NCBI GenBank assembly: GCA_964424515.1
Contig: CAYRJJ010000003.1
Location: forward strand, 1-48,126
Origin: an uncultured Candidatus Finniella sp.
GTDB lineage: Bacteria > Pseudomonadota > Alphaproteobacteria > Paracaedibacterales > VGCI01
Direction of reading: 5' to 3'
DNA: 48,126 bases
Below, piece after piece: positions 37,270 through 46,016 of the stretch. The notes under the pieces are model-generated. The model worked only from the letters and a program-made list of their open reading frames with translations. It did not search any database and was not told the DNA's origin. A program made the position numbers and the translations under genes. Each line of letters begins with the position of its first letter. Position 1 is the first letter of the stretch.

Positions 37270-38774
37270 TGTCCGCCTCCCCCTGCTAAAGCTGGTCTGC
37301 CCGCTATTCTGTCAAGGTTCATTCCGAAAAAAGGCGACCCATACGGTTTAGGGGATTCAACAAAGTGCCCTCTCCTCAAACTTTCTAAACCAGGTTGGCC
37401 GGTAGGTTCTGTAGTAGCTGCATCATCTCTTATCCAGCGTTCAAACCGTAAATCCCCTTCTTCCTGGACGATGTGAATACAGGAAATCCCCGCGGCAGAT
37501 AAAAACGCCGGCGTTAAACGTCCCGCCAGCCATTTGGCCTGGTAACGGCTCGCCGGTCTCAAAAACAGGGCGTTTAGCTCTTCCAAAAACGCCTCACAAC
37601 CGTTCAGCAAGTCCTGATACGCTTCTGATCCCCACGTCTTCAAACACCGCAAGCGGAAGTCCTGCAGGGCCACAGGCTCGCCGGAGGTTCGGATGCGCGC
37701 TTCAAGGTTTTTTGTCTCCTCCTGGTCCCTGATCAGTTCCTGCATCAGACGGGAGGGCGCACGCTCTGGATTCCGGTCTCCGATTCCGTACTGGCCCTCG
37801 AGGATTTTGCGGATGCTCTCGAACTTTAACGCCCATTCCAGGGTCGCTTTGAAAGAGGACTTGTTCTCTCCCATCAAAAACTTGCTGGAAGCGACCTTTT
37901 GACAAAAGTCTTTCCATTTATCCAGTCGCTGGTCGAATTTGTCCTTGAAGGCCTGTTTGAGAAAACCCGTCAGTTTGCCCGTCAGCTCAATTTGAGCCTT
38001 GCCTCCCTCGACAACGGCTGTCCATAATTCAATCATTTTTTGAACAATCTCATTGCCTGCATGTGATTTATCGTCAGATAAATCTTTTGGGGTATTCTTT
38101 GCTTCTTTAGATGATCGGCATTCCTTCCCGTTACGCAGCGGCTTGAGAGATGCTTCTTTCCCGTTACCGGAAGCTGAATCGGGATGAGCGCAGGAGTCCG
38201 AGTTGACCGGCGTGGCTCTGGTAGAAGAACGAGCGACAGAACCTTCCTGAGGGGCAGGATGGTTCTTAAAGCCGTCGGGGTGGTCAGGACAGGAAAGACT
38301 CGGATCCTGATCCGGATCGCGAGACTCGGCTTCGCTTTCCCGCCCGTCAGGGTTGCGCATAAAAAACATCTGGTTCACATGCCGGTCATAGAAGCTGGCG
38401 TACCGCTTGCCCTGGAACTTGTCGGGCGCCCGTTCATAAGCCGTGCGGCTCACATACCGCACCCCAATCCTGTCAAAAGATTTGGAAAACGACTTGCGGT
38501 CGCATCCCATCTCTTCCGTCCAGCTGTCTCCCGGTTTATAGAGACGGTGGCAACATGGCTCAACGAACTTGTAAAATCCGCCCGGCTTTTTAGAAAACCA
38601 GTATTCCAGAGCGCTGGCGATCAGTGTTGCCCGCATACATCCCGTTTGTTCATGGATGCGCCGGTCAAACTTGATAAAATACTTGCTGGCCCTGGATTTG
38701 TGGAGAGAGGAAACGCCAGTCCGTGTTGAGCGGCGCCTTGGCTGGAGCAAGGAGTGAAGGTGGACATGGGTCAT
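37266..38774 (-). CDS. Putative replication-initiation-like DNA-binding protein, paralog B
   Basis: A paralog of 41535-43346, sharing the N-terminal block FYKF(V/I)EP..HRLYK..DSWTE and the central block FLKQAFKDKF...KW..(F/Y)CQ..ASS(K/R)FLMGE.KSSF(K/R)ATL(E/D)WALKFE.I.KILEG.YGIGDRNP. The central block resembles DnaD/phage-replication C-terminal motifs. The function is inferred. Confidence 0.5.
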   Translation of the reverse strand: MTHVHLHSLLQPRRRSTRTGVSSLHKSRASKYFIKFDRRIHEQTGCMRATLIASALEYWFSKKPGGFYKFVEPCCHRLYKPGDSWTEEMGCDRKSFSKSFDRIGVRYVSRTAYERAPDKFQGKRYASFYDRHVNQMFFMRNPDGRESEAESRDPDQDPSLSCPDHPDGFKNHPAPQEGSVARSSTRATPVNSDSCAHPDSASGNGKEASLKPLRNGKECRSSKEAKNTPKDLSDDKSHAGNEIVQKMIELWTAVVEGGKAQIELTGKLTGFLKQAFKDKFDQRLDKWKDFCQKVASSKFLMGENKSSFKATLEWALKFESIRKILEGQYGIGDRNPERAPSRLMQELIRDQEETKNLEARIRTSGEPVALQDFRLRCLKTWGSEAYQDLLNGCEAFLEELNALFLRPASRYQAKWLAGRLTPAFLSAAGISCIHIVQEEGDLRFERWIRDDAATTEPTGQPGLESLRRGHFVESPKPYGSPFFGMNLDRIAGRPALAGGGGQ

Positions 38775-38991
38775 TTTGTTCGTATCCTTTCCTGTTAAAG
38801 AAGCAGGACAAGGGTTGCAAAACCGGCGCCTTTTATGACATGATCATCCCGGATGAGACGCTCCACGAATGCTGCGGTCGGTCTCTATAGCTCAAGTCGA
38901 GCGTCTCATCCACCAAACGCGAGGATGCGACAAAGCATGCCCGCAAGCGCTTTGAAAAAGACGCATCTCTTGCCTGACGGGTCATCAATTC

Positions 38992-39019
38992 AAAAAAAGC
39001 CGGAGTTTGATCCCTGGCC
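38992..39019 (-). terminator. Intrinsic-terminator-like hairpin + U7 after mini-ORF 1
   Basis: The minus strand reads GCCAGGGA-TCAAAC-TCCGGC followed by TTTTTTT, starting about 5 nt after the mini-ORF stop. Confidence 0.45.
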
Positions 39020-39023
39020 TATT

Positions 39024-39173
39024 TTAAGCGTTGATGGCCCGTAAACCTGACAAATTGTTAAATGAAATGAGATTTTCCAAATTCTTACGTGCGTCAATCC
39101 ATCTTTTATTGAAAAATTGTTCCCGCCGCTCTTGGATTCGTCGCTCGTCTTGCGCTATAGTGGGTTTAGCCAT
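39024..39173 (-). CDS. Mini-ORF 1 (49 aa, MAKPTIAQDERRIQERREQFFNKRW...)
   Basis: Perfect SD AGGAGG 7 nt before ATG 39173. The N-terminus and the leader are conserved with the mini-ORF at 40656-40784. Confidence 0.45.
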   Translation of the reverse strand: MAKPTIAQDERRIQERREQFFNKRWIDARKNLENLISFNNLSGLRAINA

Positions 39174-39647
39174 GAATAACCTCCTGTGTTAAGGTTGTGT
39201 GGTCAGCAAAATCTAAGCGGTTCGATGCGCTTTGTTTCTGCCGGTGGGATCTGGACAGCCTTGGCTGTTCCTGGATTCCACTGTTTCATTGAGGAAGAAA
39301 ACAGGCCAGTATTTACAACAGCTTTATTTTAATCCTTACCTCCCAATATAACCTGAAATTGCATAACCCACAAACAAAAAGATTGATTTTTTATAAAAAT
39401 TATTATAAATGATAGATTTTTTAGCCTCCGGCTTTGGTGCCCATGAGAGGCGCCTGTTTTTTAATCACGTCGTTAACCCGTTGTTAACCCTGGTAAGCCC
39501 CCCCTCATCCACAGATATATCCCCAAAAATTGTGGATAAGATCTTGCGCCCCCCAACCAGATGGCGCATACCAGCTCTGTTTTTTAAGGAAAATAGCCAA
39601 TCAGCGTGCCAGAAAAAGACAAGGTATGCTAGAGTGAAGTCATGATT

Positions 39648-40031
39648 CTACATGATGACAAAGGAGTTTTTATTACAGGCATGTTCAAGAGATTGCTTGT
39701 ACCGTCAACGCGTAACCAAGCGCCATTCTCTCCTCGGGTTCTGGACATCAAAGTCAGGCGCCTCCAGGCAACCGTCAAATATCTCTATGAGGTCAAGCTC
39801 GCCCTCATAAGCTTCCCGTTCACGTTGGCTAAATCCGATATCTTTCAGGCGTTCATGAAGCCTTTTCAGCTTTTTGTAAGGTCAATAGATAAAGTCCCGC
39901 CGACCATCAGGTCCGGGTCCTGCAGCAGGTAACGGCTTCAGATGTTCTACGCGCCGGAAGTGGTCACACACCTCCTCAAAGGTTTTGTATGTTCCAATGG
40001 ACTTATTTTTGGAATTAAACACCCAGATCAT
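39648..40031 (-). pseudogene. Decayed member of the small-protein family (copy C) with two in-frame TGA codons
   Basis: MIWVFNSKNKSIGTYKTFEEVCDHF...DFIY*PYKKLKRLHE...YEGELDLIEIF...REWRLVTR*. It is collinear with copy B. The stops are at 39882-39884 and 39705-39707. Confidence 0.6.
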
Positions 40032-40479
40032 CAGAACCCCCTGTCCCGGGCGATTCGGGTACGCTTTCATTGTTGAAGGTTTCTGTGATTGAATACTCGT
40101 GCGTCTTGCAGTAAGACTCACACCAGTTTCGCTGTAATTGCTGGATATTGACGTCGTCTGTCACCGGAATTTGCAAAGGGCGAGCCGGGTCACCCTGATA
40201 GAGTTCAATCAGGTCAAGCTCCTGGTCAAAAGCTTCTTTTTCTATTTGCGTGAGAGGAGGTTCTTTCATGCAAGAGTAGACAGTTCTGAGTTGTGCATGC
40301 TTATAATAGACAAACCGCCAATTAGACTCCTCCCCGTCCAGCACGCTGTCAAACGGGTAGGTACGGTAAATCAAAAACCGCAGCTTGCGGATTCTGGAGT
40401 GATGGATATAGTCAATTAGGCTTCCATAAGTTTCAAAAGAACCGATTCGAGACAAATTCTTGTCTAATAGATGTAACAT
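40015..40479 (-). CDS. Hypothetical protein, small-protein family copy D
   Basis: I moved the start to ATG 40479 (MLHLLDKNLSRIGSFETYGSLIDYI), which aligns with the starts of the paralogs. FDQELDLIELY and NWCESYCKTHEYSITE are conserved. Confidence 0.6.
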   Translation of the reverse strand: MLHLLDKNLSRIGSFETYGSLIDYIHHSRIRKLRFLIYRTYPFDSVLDGEESNWRFVYYKHAQLRTVYSCMKEPPLTQIEKEAFDQELDLIELYQGDPARPLQIPVTDDVNIQQLQRNWCESYCKTHEYSITETFNNESVPESPGTGGSDDLGV

Positions 40480-40627
40480 TTTGATTGAGTTCCTTTCACA
40501 AAGTGGCGAAAGGGCATGTTCCTGGAGCAACGACAAGGAGAGTTCTGGCTAGAATAAAGGCAATATGGCTTCTCCCATTGAAAGCAACAAGCAAAAGCCA
40601 TAAAGCAGCCTCACTAGCCAGCCCTGT

Positions 40628-40657
40628 AAAAAAGGCCAGGAAGCAAGCCCCGGCCTT
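40628..40657 (-). terminator. Intrinsic-terminator-like hairpin + U-run after mini-ORF 2
   Basis: The minus strand reads AAGGCCGGG-GCTTGCTT-CCTGGCCTT running into TTTTTT. The stem overlaps the TAA of the mini-ORF. Confidence 0.45.
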
Positions 40658-40784
40658 AGTTTATGTATGGTTTTGCGTTTGCGCCCAACAATGCAATAAC
40701 GGATGACCCATTAAAAAAATGGTGCCTGTCGTAAACATATGCTTGGAAAAGGTATTTAACTTGGGATATCGTGGCTTTAGCCAT
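40656..40784 (-). CDS. Mini-ORF 2 (42 aa, MAKATISQVKYLFQAYVYDRHHFFNG...)
   Basis: SD AGGAG before ATG 40784. It shares MAK.TI.Q and (Q/H)FFN with mini-ORF 1, and the conserved leader element CTGACCACA sits 25 nt upstream in both. Confidence 0.4.
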   Translation of the reverse strand: MAKATISQVKYLFQAYVYDRHHFFNGSSVIALLGANAKPYIN

Positions 40785-41070
40785 GATCAACTCCTATATC
40801 TAGTTGTTTGTGGTCAGAGGCGCATGAGTTCTGGCAGAACTTTTGCGTCTCGCTTAGTTGAGGAAGAAAAAAAGGTCGGGGTTTAAGAGACTTATTTTTT
40901 ATCCTCCCCTTCACCGTAGAGCAAAGCGCCAGATTAGGCAAGCGCAAAATCAATTTTTTAAATAAAACTAGAGGAATCCTATAATGTTTAAGAAAAAAAC
41001 TTATTAAAAACTCTATGGATTCCTGCAAAAAGAGCGTTAAACTACTATCACTTGACTGGAAAGTTGTGCA

Positions 41071-41523
41071 TTAAAGGCTTTGAAGGATTTTGCGAACGGC
41101 TTCCGCTTCTTCAATGCTCACCGTGCCGCAATTTTCTCCTTTTAGGTTATAACGGGCCGCACCTTCCTTAAGGCAATCCAGATACCCGTAACTTTCCTTG
41201 TAACGAGACAAGGCAGCCTTAATCACTAAATCCTGCGGGTAACTCTTCTTGATGGCATTGTTTTTATAGTCCGCCTTTAAGTCCCGCAAGAGTAGATGAT
41301 CAAGAGGAATATAATCGTCTGCGGCAAACAGGTGGGGGAAAGTCTCCTCAAGCCATTGTTCCGTCAACGCCAGTTTTTGTTCAAAAGTCAAGGGCTTGGA
41401 TTTGGCAGCCTTGCCCGCTTTCTTTGGCGAAACTTTTGGAGCGGGAAGTTTGCGGTTTCTCTGCTCCCGTTTCAGGAACTCTTGCCTTTGCGCCGCCCGC
41501 TCCGCTTCAAATCGATCCGTCAT
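41071..41523 (-). CDS. FinO/ProQ-domain RNA-binding protein
   Basis: LTEQWLEETFPHLF....PLDHLLLRDL...VIKAALSRYKESYGYLDCLKEGAARYNLKGENCGTVSIEEAE follows the ProQ/FinO domain pattern (L...FP..F, PL, AL..Y..S..YL, R.dL.G...G.V). I moved the start to ATG 41523 (GAGGA SD). Confidence 0.8.
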   Translation of the reverse strand: MTDRFEAERAAQRQEFLKREQRNRKLPAPKVSPKKAGKAAKSKPLTFEQKLALTEQWLEETFPHLFAADDYIPLDHLLLRDLKADYKNNAIKKSYPQDLVIKAALSRYKESYGYLDCLKEGAARYNLKGENCGTVSIEEAEAVRKILQSL

Positions 41524-41534
41524 ACCGTTCCTCT

Positions 41535-43346
41535 TCACCCCAAAGTTTGACAAGAGTTTCGCATTGCAAACATTCCCTGGGAGCGGTCACAAAAAGCCGA
41601 CACCAGAGATTGAATGCCTTGTTCCAAAGACATTTTTTGCTTAACATTCTCTGATTTTTGGGGGAAGTTTTCAACAAAAAGATCGACCGTATCACCTTCT
41701 TTCTGGCGGATAACGAGTCGGTTAACTCCTTTCCAGAGGCTTGCTGCAACTTGAAATATCTCCTGGCTTAAGCGCAAGCGGCACCACTCGACCGCAAGAG
41801 GATCTTTAAACGTCACAACAATTTTGCCGTCTTTGCCCATTGGGTCAACTTCGATAGCGCCAAGCCAACCTGGAAACTGGTGGGGAGGCAAAATTTGCCT
41901 TAGTTTCTCCCGCAATATTTGCGTTTCTGCGCTCACAGGCTCTACAGCTTTTGGTTGTTCACCTTCAAAAGCCTCCCCCTCTTCGGGTGACCTCCCTGTA
42001 AAAACCTTCATATCTTCAGTTATCTCAGGCAAAGGCAGGACGATAGGCGCCGCCGCATTTAAAGCGCCAGGAGCTTTAACGGCGACAGTTTTATGTTCAG
42101 GCGCCGGCGGCAGCTCCTCCCTTCTTTGGCTCTCGCCAAACCACTTGTCAAAAACAAGCTCGCCCTCTTTCTGGACAATGTTCACTCGCTTAAAAGGACT
42201 GTCGTCAAGTAACGCCTGTACCCACCAGGATGAAATTAATTTTGCCGTATATCTTGAGCTTGGACGAAGGATGAGCGTAGTTTCGTCTGACACCTCAATA
42301 ACGCAGGTTTTAAAGCACTCCCGGTAGTTACTCGCACCAAGTTTATTCAACCATTTGAGGCGAAATGCTTTCACGGACTGCGCTTCATCCGTTTCTTGTT
42401 GAATCTCTTCCGCTTCACGAGCTATATCTATTTTTGAATTGTTGAAGAATACCCCAGCCGCAGATACCGCCGATAAAGGATTCCTGTCCCCAATGCCGTA
42501 ATTTCCCTCAAGGATTTTCTGGATGATCTCAAATTTTAATGCCCAATCCAGGGTCGCGCGGAAGGATGATTTGATTTCTCCCATCAGGAATCGGCTGGAC
42601 GCAATGTCCTGACAATATTTTTTCCACTTTTCCAGGCAGTTATTAAACTTGTCTTTGAACGCCTGCTTTAAAAAAGCTATCCTTTTGCTGGTTAATTCAA
42701 TTTGGCCTTTTCCTTCTTCGACAAGGGCTGTCCAAAATTCAATCATTTTTTTAACAATCTCATCGCTTGCATGAGAGTTATCTTTAGATAACTCTTTTGA
42801 GGTATTCTTTGTTTCAATATATGAACGAACATTTTGCTCGGTGCCTACTGAACGAGAGGCTAAAGGTAAAGCCGTGCTTGAAGGGGAGGTTGAAGCCATT
42901 AAACAGGCGTTTTGTGGATGGTTGCTTCTGGAACAATCTGAAGGATTTGGTTCAGCTTGAACTTTGGCAAGAAACGCTTCAACAGCTTCGTGATTTCTGA
43001 TGAAGAACATTCTGTTTGTTAGACGGTCATAGTAGCTGGCGTATAACTTTCCCTCAAATTTGTCTTTTGATTGTTCAAAGCTCCAACGGGAGACATGTTT
43101 TTTGCCAATTAATTTGAAAGCCCTCCAAAATGAGGTACGGTGACAATCTAAAAGCTCTGTCCAACTGTCATCTTTTTTGTAAAGTCGATGTGAGTTAGGC
43201 TCAATAAATTTATAAAATCCGTCAGGCTGCCGACTAGAATAAAATTCTAGCCTATCGAAGATTAAAGTTGCGCGGTCACAGCCGATAATTCGTTTAATGC
43301 GTTGGTCATGCTTGATAAAATATGCTCGTTTCATGAGTAGCTCCAT
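41535..43346 (-). CDS. Putative replication-initiation-like DNA-binding protein, paralog A
   Basis: See paralog B. It also has two DnaA-N-like modules (AFRLKWLNKLGASNYRECF...LILRPSSRYTAKLISSWW and LREKLRQILPPHQFPGWLGAIEV...VVTFKDPLAVEWCRLRL). The function is inferred. Confidence 0.5.
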   Translation of the reverse strand: MELLMKRAYFIKHDQRIKRIIGCDRATLIFDRLEFYSSRQPDGFYKFIEPNSHRLYKKDDSWTELLDCHRTSFWRAFKLIGKKHVSRWSFEQSKDKFEGKLYASYYDRLTNRMFFIRNHEAVEAFLAKVQAEPNPSDCSRSNHPQNACLMASTSPSSTALPLASRSVGTEQNVRSYIETKNTSKELSKDNSHASDEIVKKMIEFWTALVEEGKGQIELTSKRIAFLKQAFKDKFNNCLEKWKKYCQDIASSRFLMGEIKSSFRATLDWALKFEIIQKILEGNYGIGDRNPLSAVSAAGVFFNNSKIDIAREAEEIQQETDEAQSVKAFRLKWLNKLGASNYRECFKTCVIEVSDETTLILRPSSRYTAKLISSWWVQALLDDSPFKRVNIVQKEGELVFDKWFGESQRREELPPAPEHKTVAVKAPGALNAAAPIVLPLPEITEDMKVFTGRSPEEGEAFEGEQPKAVEPVSAETQILREKLRQILPPHQFPGWLGAIEVDPMGKDGKIVVTFKDPLAVEWCRLRLSQEIFQVAASLWKGVNRLVIRQKEGDTVDLFVENFPQKSENVKQKMSLEQGIQSLVSAFCDRSQGMFAMRNSCQTLG

Positions 43347-43845
43347 TAATAAAATGTTCGCTACTAGGACAAAAAACTTGACAATAATCTATAGGCTGTG
43401 TAATATAAAAATACACAAACAGGATTAGTCATTAAATATTAAGTGCATCTGGGCAAGAAGACTAATATTTATATTTATGATCCTAGCGATGTTTTATAGA
43501 AAGGGGGGGAGTTTTCTCCCCCTTTCTATTTTAATTTTCGGAATAAATTGACTCGGTCATCTTTTGGCTCCATAAAATGAAATTCTTAATAGCGTATATT
43601 CATTCCAATTTTTACATTAGAGTAACTAATCCTTAACATGTCTTATTTTTCTATTGCAACCTTTTTTTTGCATTTTGTAAAAAATGATTGCATGTTGAAA
43701 AAATAGCATTTAACGTTAACTCAATGTATGGGGGTTTTTTTGATAGCTGTTTATTATGTTCGATGAACCCAATGAAAATTATTTTTCTATCGTACTTGAA
43801 TTTTTTAAATAGGATTGCCTGTGAACATATTGCAAAGGATTTTGT

Positions 43846-44835
43846 ATGAAATTTGACCGTATACAACTAACTCAACGAATAATGGCGGAACTTTCTAGAG
43901 AGCACCCATCAACGATAAATAGATTTATTGTAAGTAATGGGATAAAGCATATTGATACAGGAACTCAAAGAAATCTAAAATATTCTATTATAGAATCAAG
44001 AAAAGTTTTAAAGAAGTTTGTTGCAGACAAGCTGATACCAGAAAAAAGAATATGGGCATTTTATAATTTCAAGGGCGGAACCGGGAAAACCAGCCTTTGT
44101 TTCCAAGTTTCATCATTCTTGGCATTTTGTGGATATAATGTTTTGGTTGTTGATACTGATCCCCAAGGAAATTTAACTTCAGCATTAGGCTTTGATATTA
44201 CTGATAATTTTATGACTCTTTATGATGTAGTGATAAAAAACATTTCTCCTAGAGAAGCCATTAAGGAGGTGTTTCCTGGTTATAGTTGCATTCCCTCAAA
44301 TTTGTCTTGTTCAAGATTTGATATGGAATTATCTATGAAAGGAAGGCGAGAAGAACAATTTAAAATTAGGCTGGATTCAATAAGAAAAGATTATGATTTT
44401 ATTATCTTTGATACCAATCCAAACATAAGTCACATTATAAGAAATATTACAATTTTTTCTGATTTAATATGTGTTCCATGTGAAACCCAGCCATATAGTA
44501 TTAGCGCATTAAATGTTTTATTCGATGATATGTCCTCTTTTTTTGAAATGATGGATACTATTCCTCCACAAATGGTCGTCATACCAAATAAATACGAAGA
44601 TCGGTATGGGACAACAGCGGAAGCTATGACTGTTCTAAGGAAAGATTTTGGAAAATACCTAGTTCCAGATTTTGCTGTCAGGAAAGCAGAAGACTTTAAT
44701 ATTTCTGCAAAAGAAAGATTACCACTACCATGTATAGCAAGAAAAAATTCGATAGCACTTCAGGATATTATTGAACTTTCCCACTATTTATTAGAAAGTG
44801 TAGTTGCTAAACCCAATAATATGCAAGTCGCATAA
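43846..44835 (+). CDS. parA: ParA-family partition ATPase
   Basis: Deviant Walker A FYNFKGGTGKTS, VVDTDPQGN, and an N-terminal HTH-like extension. Confidence 0.9.
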   Translation: MKFDRIQLTQRIMAELSREHPSTINRFIVSNGIKHIDTGTQRNLKYSIIESRKVLKKFVADKLIPEKRIWAFYNFKGGTGKTSLCFQVSSFLAFCGYNVLVVDTDPQGNLTSALGFDITDNFMTLYDVVIKNISPREAIKEVFPGYSCIPSNLSCSRFDMELSMKGRREEQFKIRLDSIRKDYDFIIFDTNPNISHIIRNITIFSDLICVPCETQPYSISALNVLFDDMSSFFEMMDTIPPQMVVIPNKYEDRYGTTAEAMTVLRKDFGKYLVPDFAVRKAEDFNISAKERLPLPCIARKNSIALQDIIELSHYLLESVVAKPNNMQVA

Positions 44836-44848
44836 GGAGGAGAACTGT

Positions 44849-45667
44849 ATGGGGAAAGTTAGATATAAAGAGCCGAGCGATAATTTTAAGAGTTTGTACT
44901 CAAAAGAAAATAGCTCGAATCTCAGAGCCTCTGTAGGAAGAGAAGGGGCAGTTGGGGAATATTATTTTTTATCACTCAATAACCTTATTCCATATGAAAA
45001 GCAAGCAAGACAGATTTTTGATGAACAAGAAATACGCGAGCTAGCAGAAACAATATCTAATCATGGCATGCAGTCACCTCTCTTAGTAATACCATCATCT
45101 TCACAAATTGATAAGTTTGAGGTTGTATCGGGAGAGCGAAGACTACGAGCAGCTAAACTTATTGGCTTAGATAAAGTTCCTTGCATTATTATTAATTCCG
45201 AGAATGCCGAAGAAGTTGCACTAATTGAAAATATTCAAAGGTCCGATTTACATCCTGTTGAGCTTGGAGATAGCCTAAATTCTCTTTTAGCAAAGGCACA
45301 TTGGGGAGATGTGTCGAAGCTTGCCGAGAAAATTGGGAAAAGCCAACCCACAATTTCAAATTATCTATCTTATTCTAGGCTTCCTGAAGAAATTAAGAAA
45401 TACATAGTTGAGAACAATATCAGATCTAGAGAAATTCTTCGGAAGGTACTAAAGTGCGAAAATACAAAACAGATGGAAGATATACTTGGAATAAAAGGAA
45501 AAACTAGAATTCCTGCCTTAAGAAGCATACTAAGAATTAGTATGGATTCGGATAATGTTTTTGTACAAGATAAAAACATTATTAAAATTCCACAGAAACA
45601 GAGAGCTACTGTGATTTCTAAGCTCAAAGAACTCATTAATAAAATTGAAGATTTAAATTGTGTTTAG
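44849..45667 (+). CDS. parB: ParB-family partition protein
   Basis: AAGGAGG SD before ATG 44849. ParB N-domain FEVVSGERRLRAAKLIGLDKVPCII and HTH KLAEKIGKSQPTISNYLSY. Confidence 0.88.
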   Translation: MGKVRYKEPSDNFKSLYSKENSSNLRASVGREGAVGEYYFLSLNNLIPYEKQARQIFDEQEIRELAETISNHGMQSPLLVIPSSSQIDKFEVVSGERRLRAAKLIGLDKVPCIIINSENAEEVALIENIQRSDLHPVELGDSLNSLLAKAHWGDVSKLAEKIGKSQPTISNYLSYSRLPEEIKKYIVENNIRSREILRKVLKCENTKQMEDILGIKGKTRIPALRSILRISMDSDNVFVQDKNIIKIPQKQRATVISKLKELINKIEDLNCV

Positions 45668-45691
45668 TTTTTATAATTTCGTTGGCTTAAT

Positions 45692-45715
45692 AAATTATTG
45701 CGGCCGCAATAATTT
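45692..45715. repeat. 24-bp perfect palindrome AAATTATTGCGGCCGCAATAATTT downstream of parB (terminator and/or parS candidate)
   Basis: It is perfectly self-complementary and followed by a T-run, 25 nt after the parB stop. Confidence 0.6.
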
Positions 45716-46016
45716 TTATATCAACTCATTGCGAGTTTTGAGCTAAAAAGGGAAGCGTGAAGGTTCGTAAAACAAATTTTCAAAATATTTTGAGTTTTAT
45801 GATATAACGGTCAATTACCATCTGATAGCTTTTTTTATAGATGGAAAAATTATTATGGAGTGTTATGACCATATTTTACATTATTTTGAAAGTGCTATCC
45901 GCTTGCAGAAAGAAAAATATCCCGTTGTGGCATGCCTTAAAACCATGATTACAAGTTAACATGCCTGGAAAAAGTGATAAAAGGTTTTTAGTGATGACAA
46001 GCGAAGGTATTTACCA

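Noticed and set aside
39212-39235. AAGCGGTTCGATGCGCTT in leader 1 looks like a tRNA T-arm (GGTTCGA).
   Set aside because: The loop length is wrong. No acceptor, D or anticodon arms can be built around it, and it is absent from the paralogous leader. It is probably just a local hairpin.
39642-39932. A 96-aa + strand ORF overlaps the decayed small-family copy C.
   Set aside because: The minus strand is collinear with three paralogs across this interval, so the + strand ORF is most likely an antisense artefact.
40777-41028. An 83-aa minus-strand track ORF covers leader 2.
   Set aside because: It spans the conserved noncoding leader and the SD of mini-ORF 2, in a different frame from mini-ORF 2. 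The paralogous leader 1 has no equivalent ORF.
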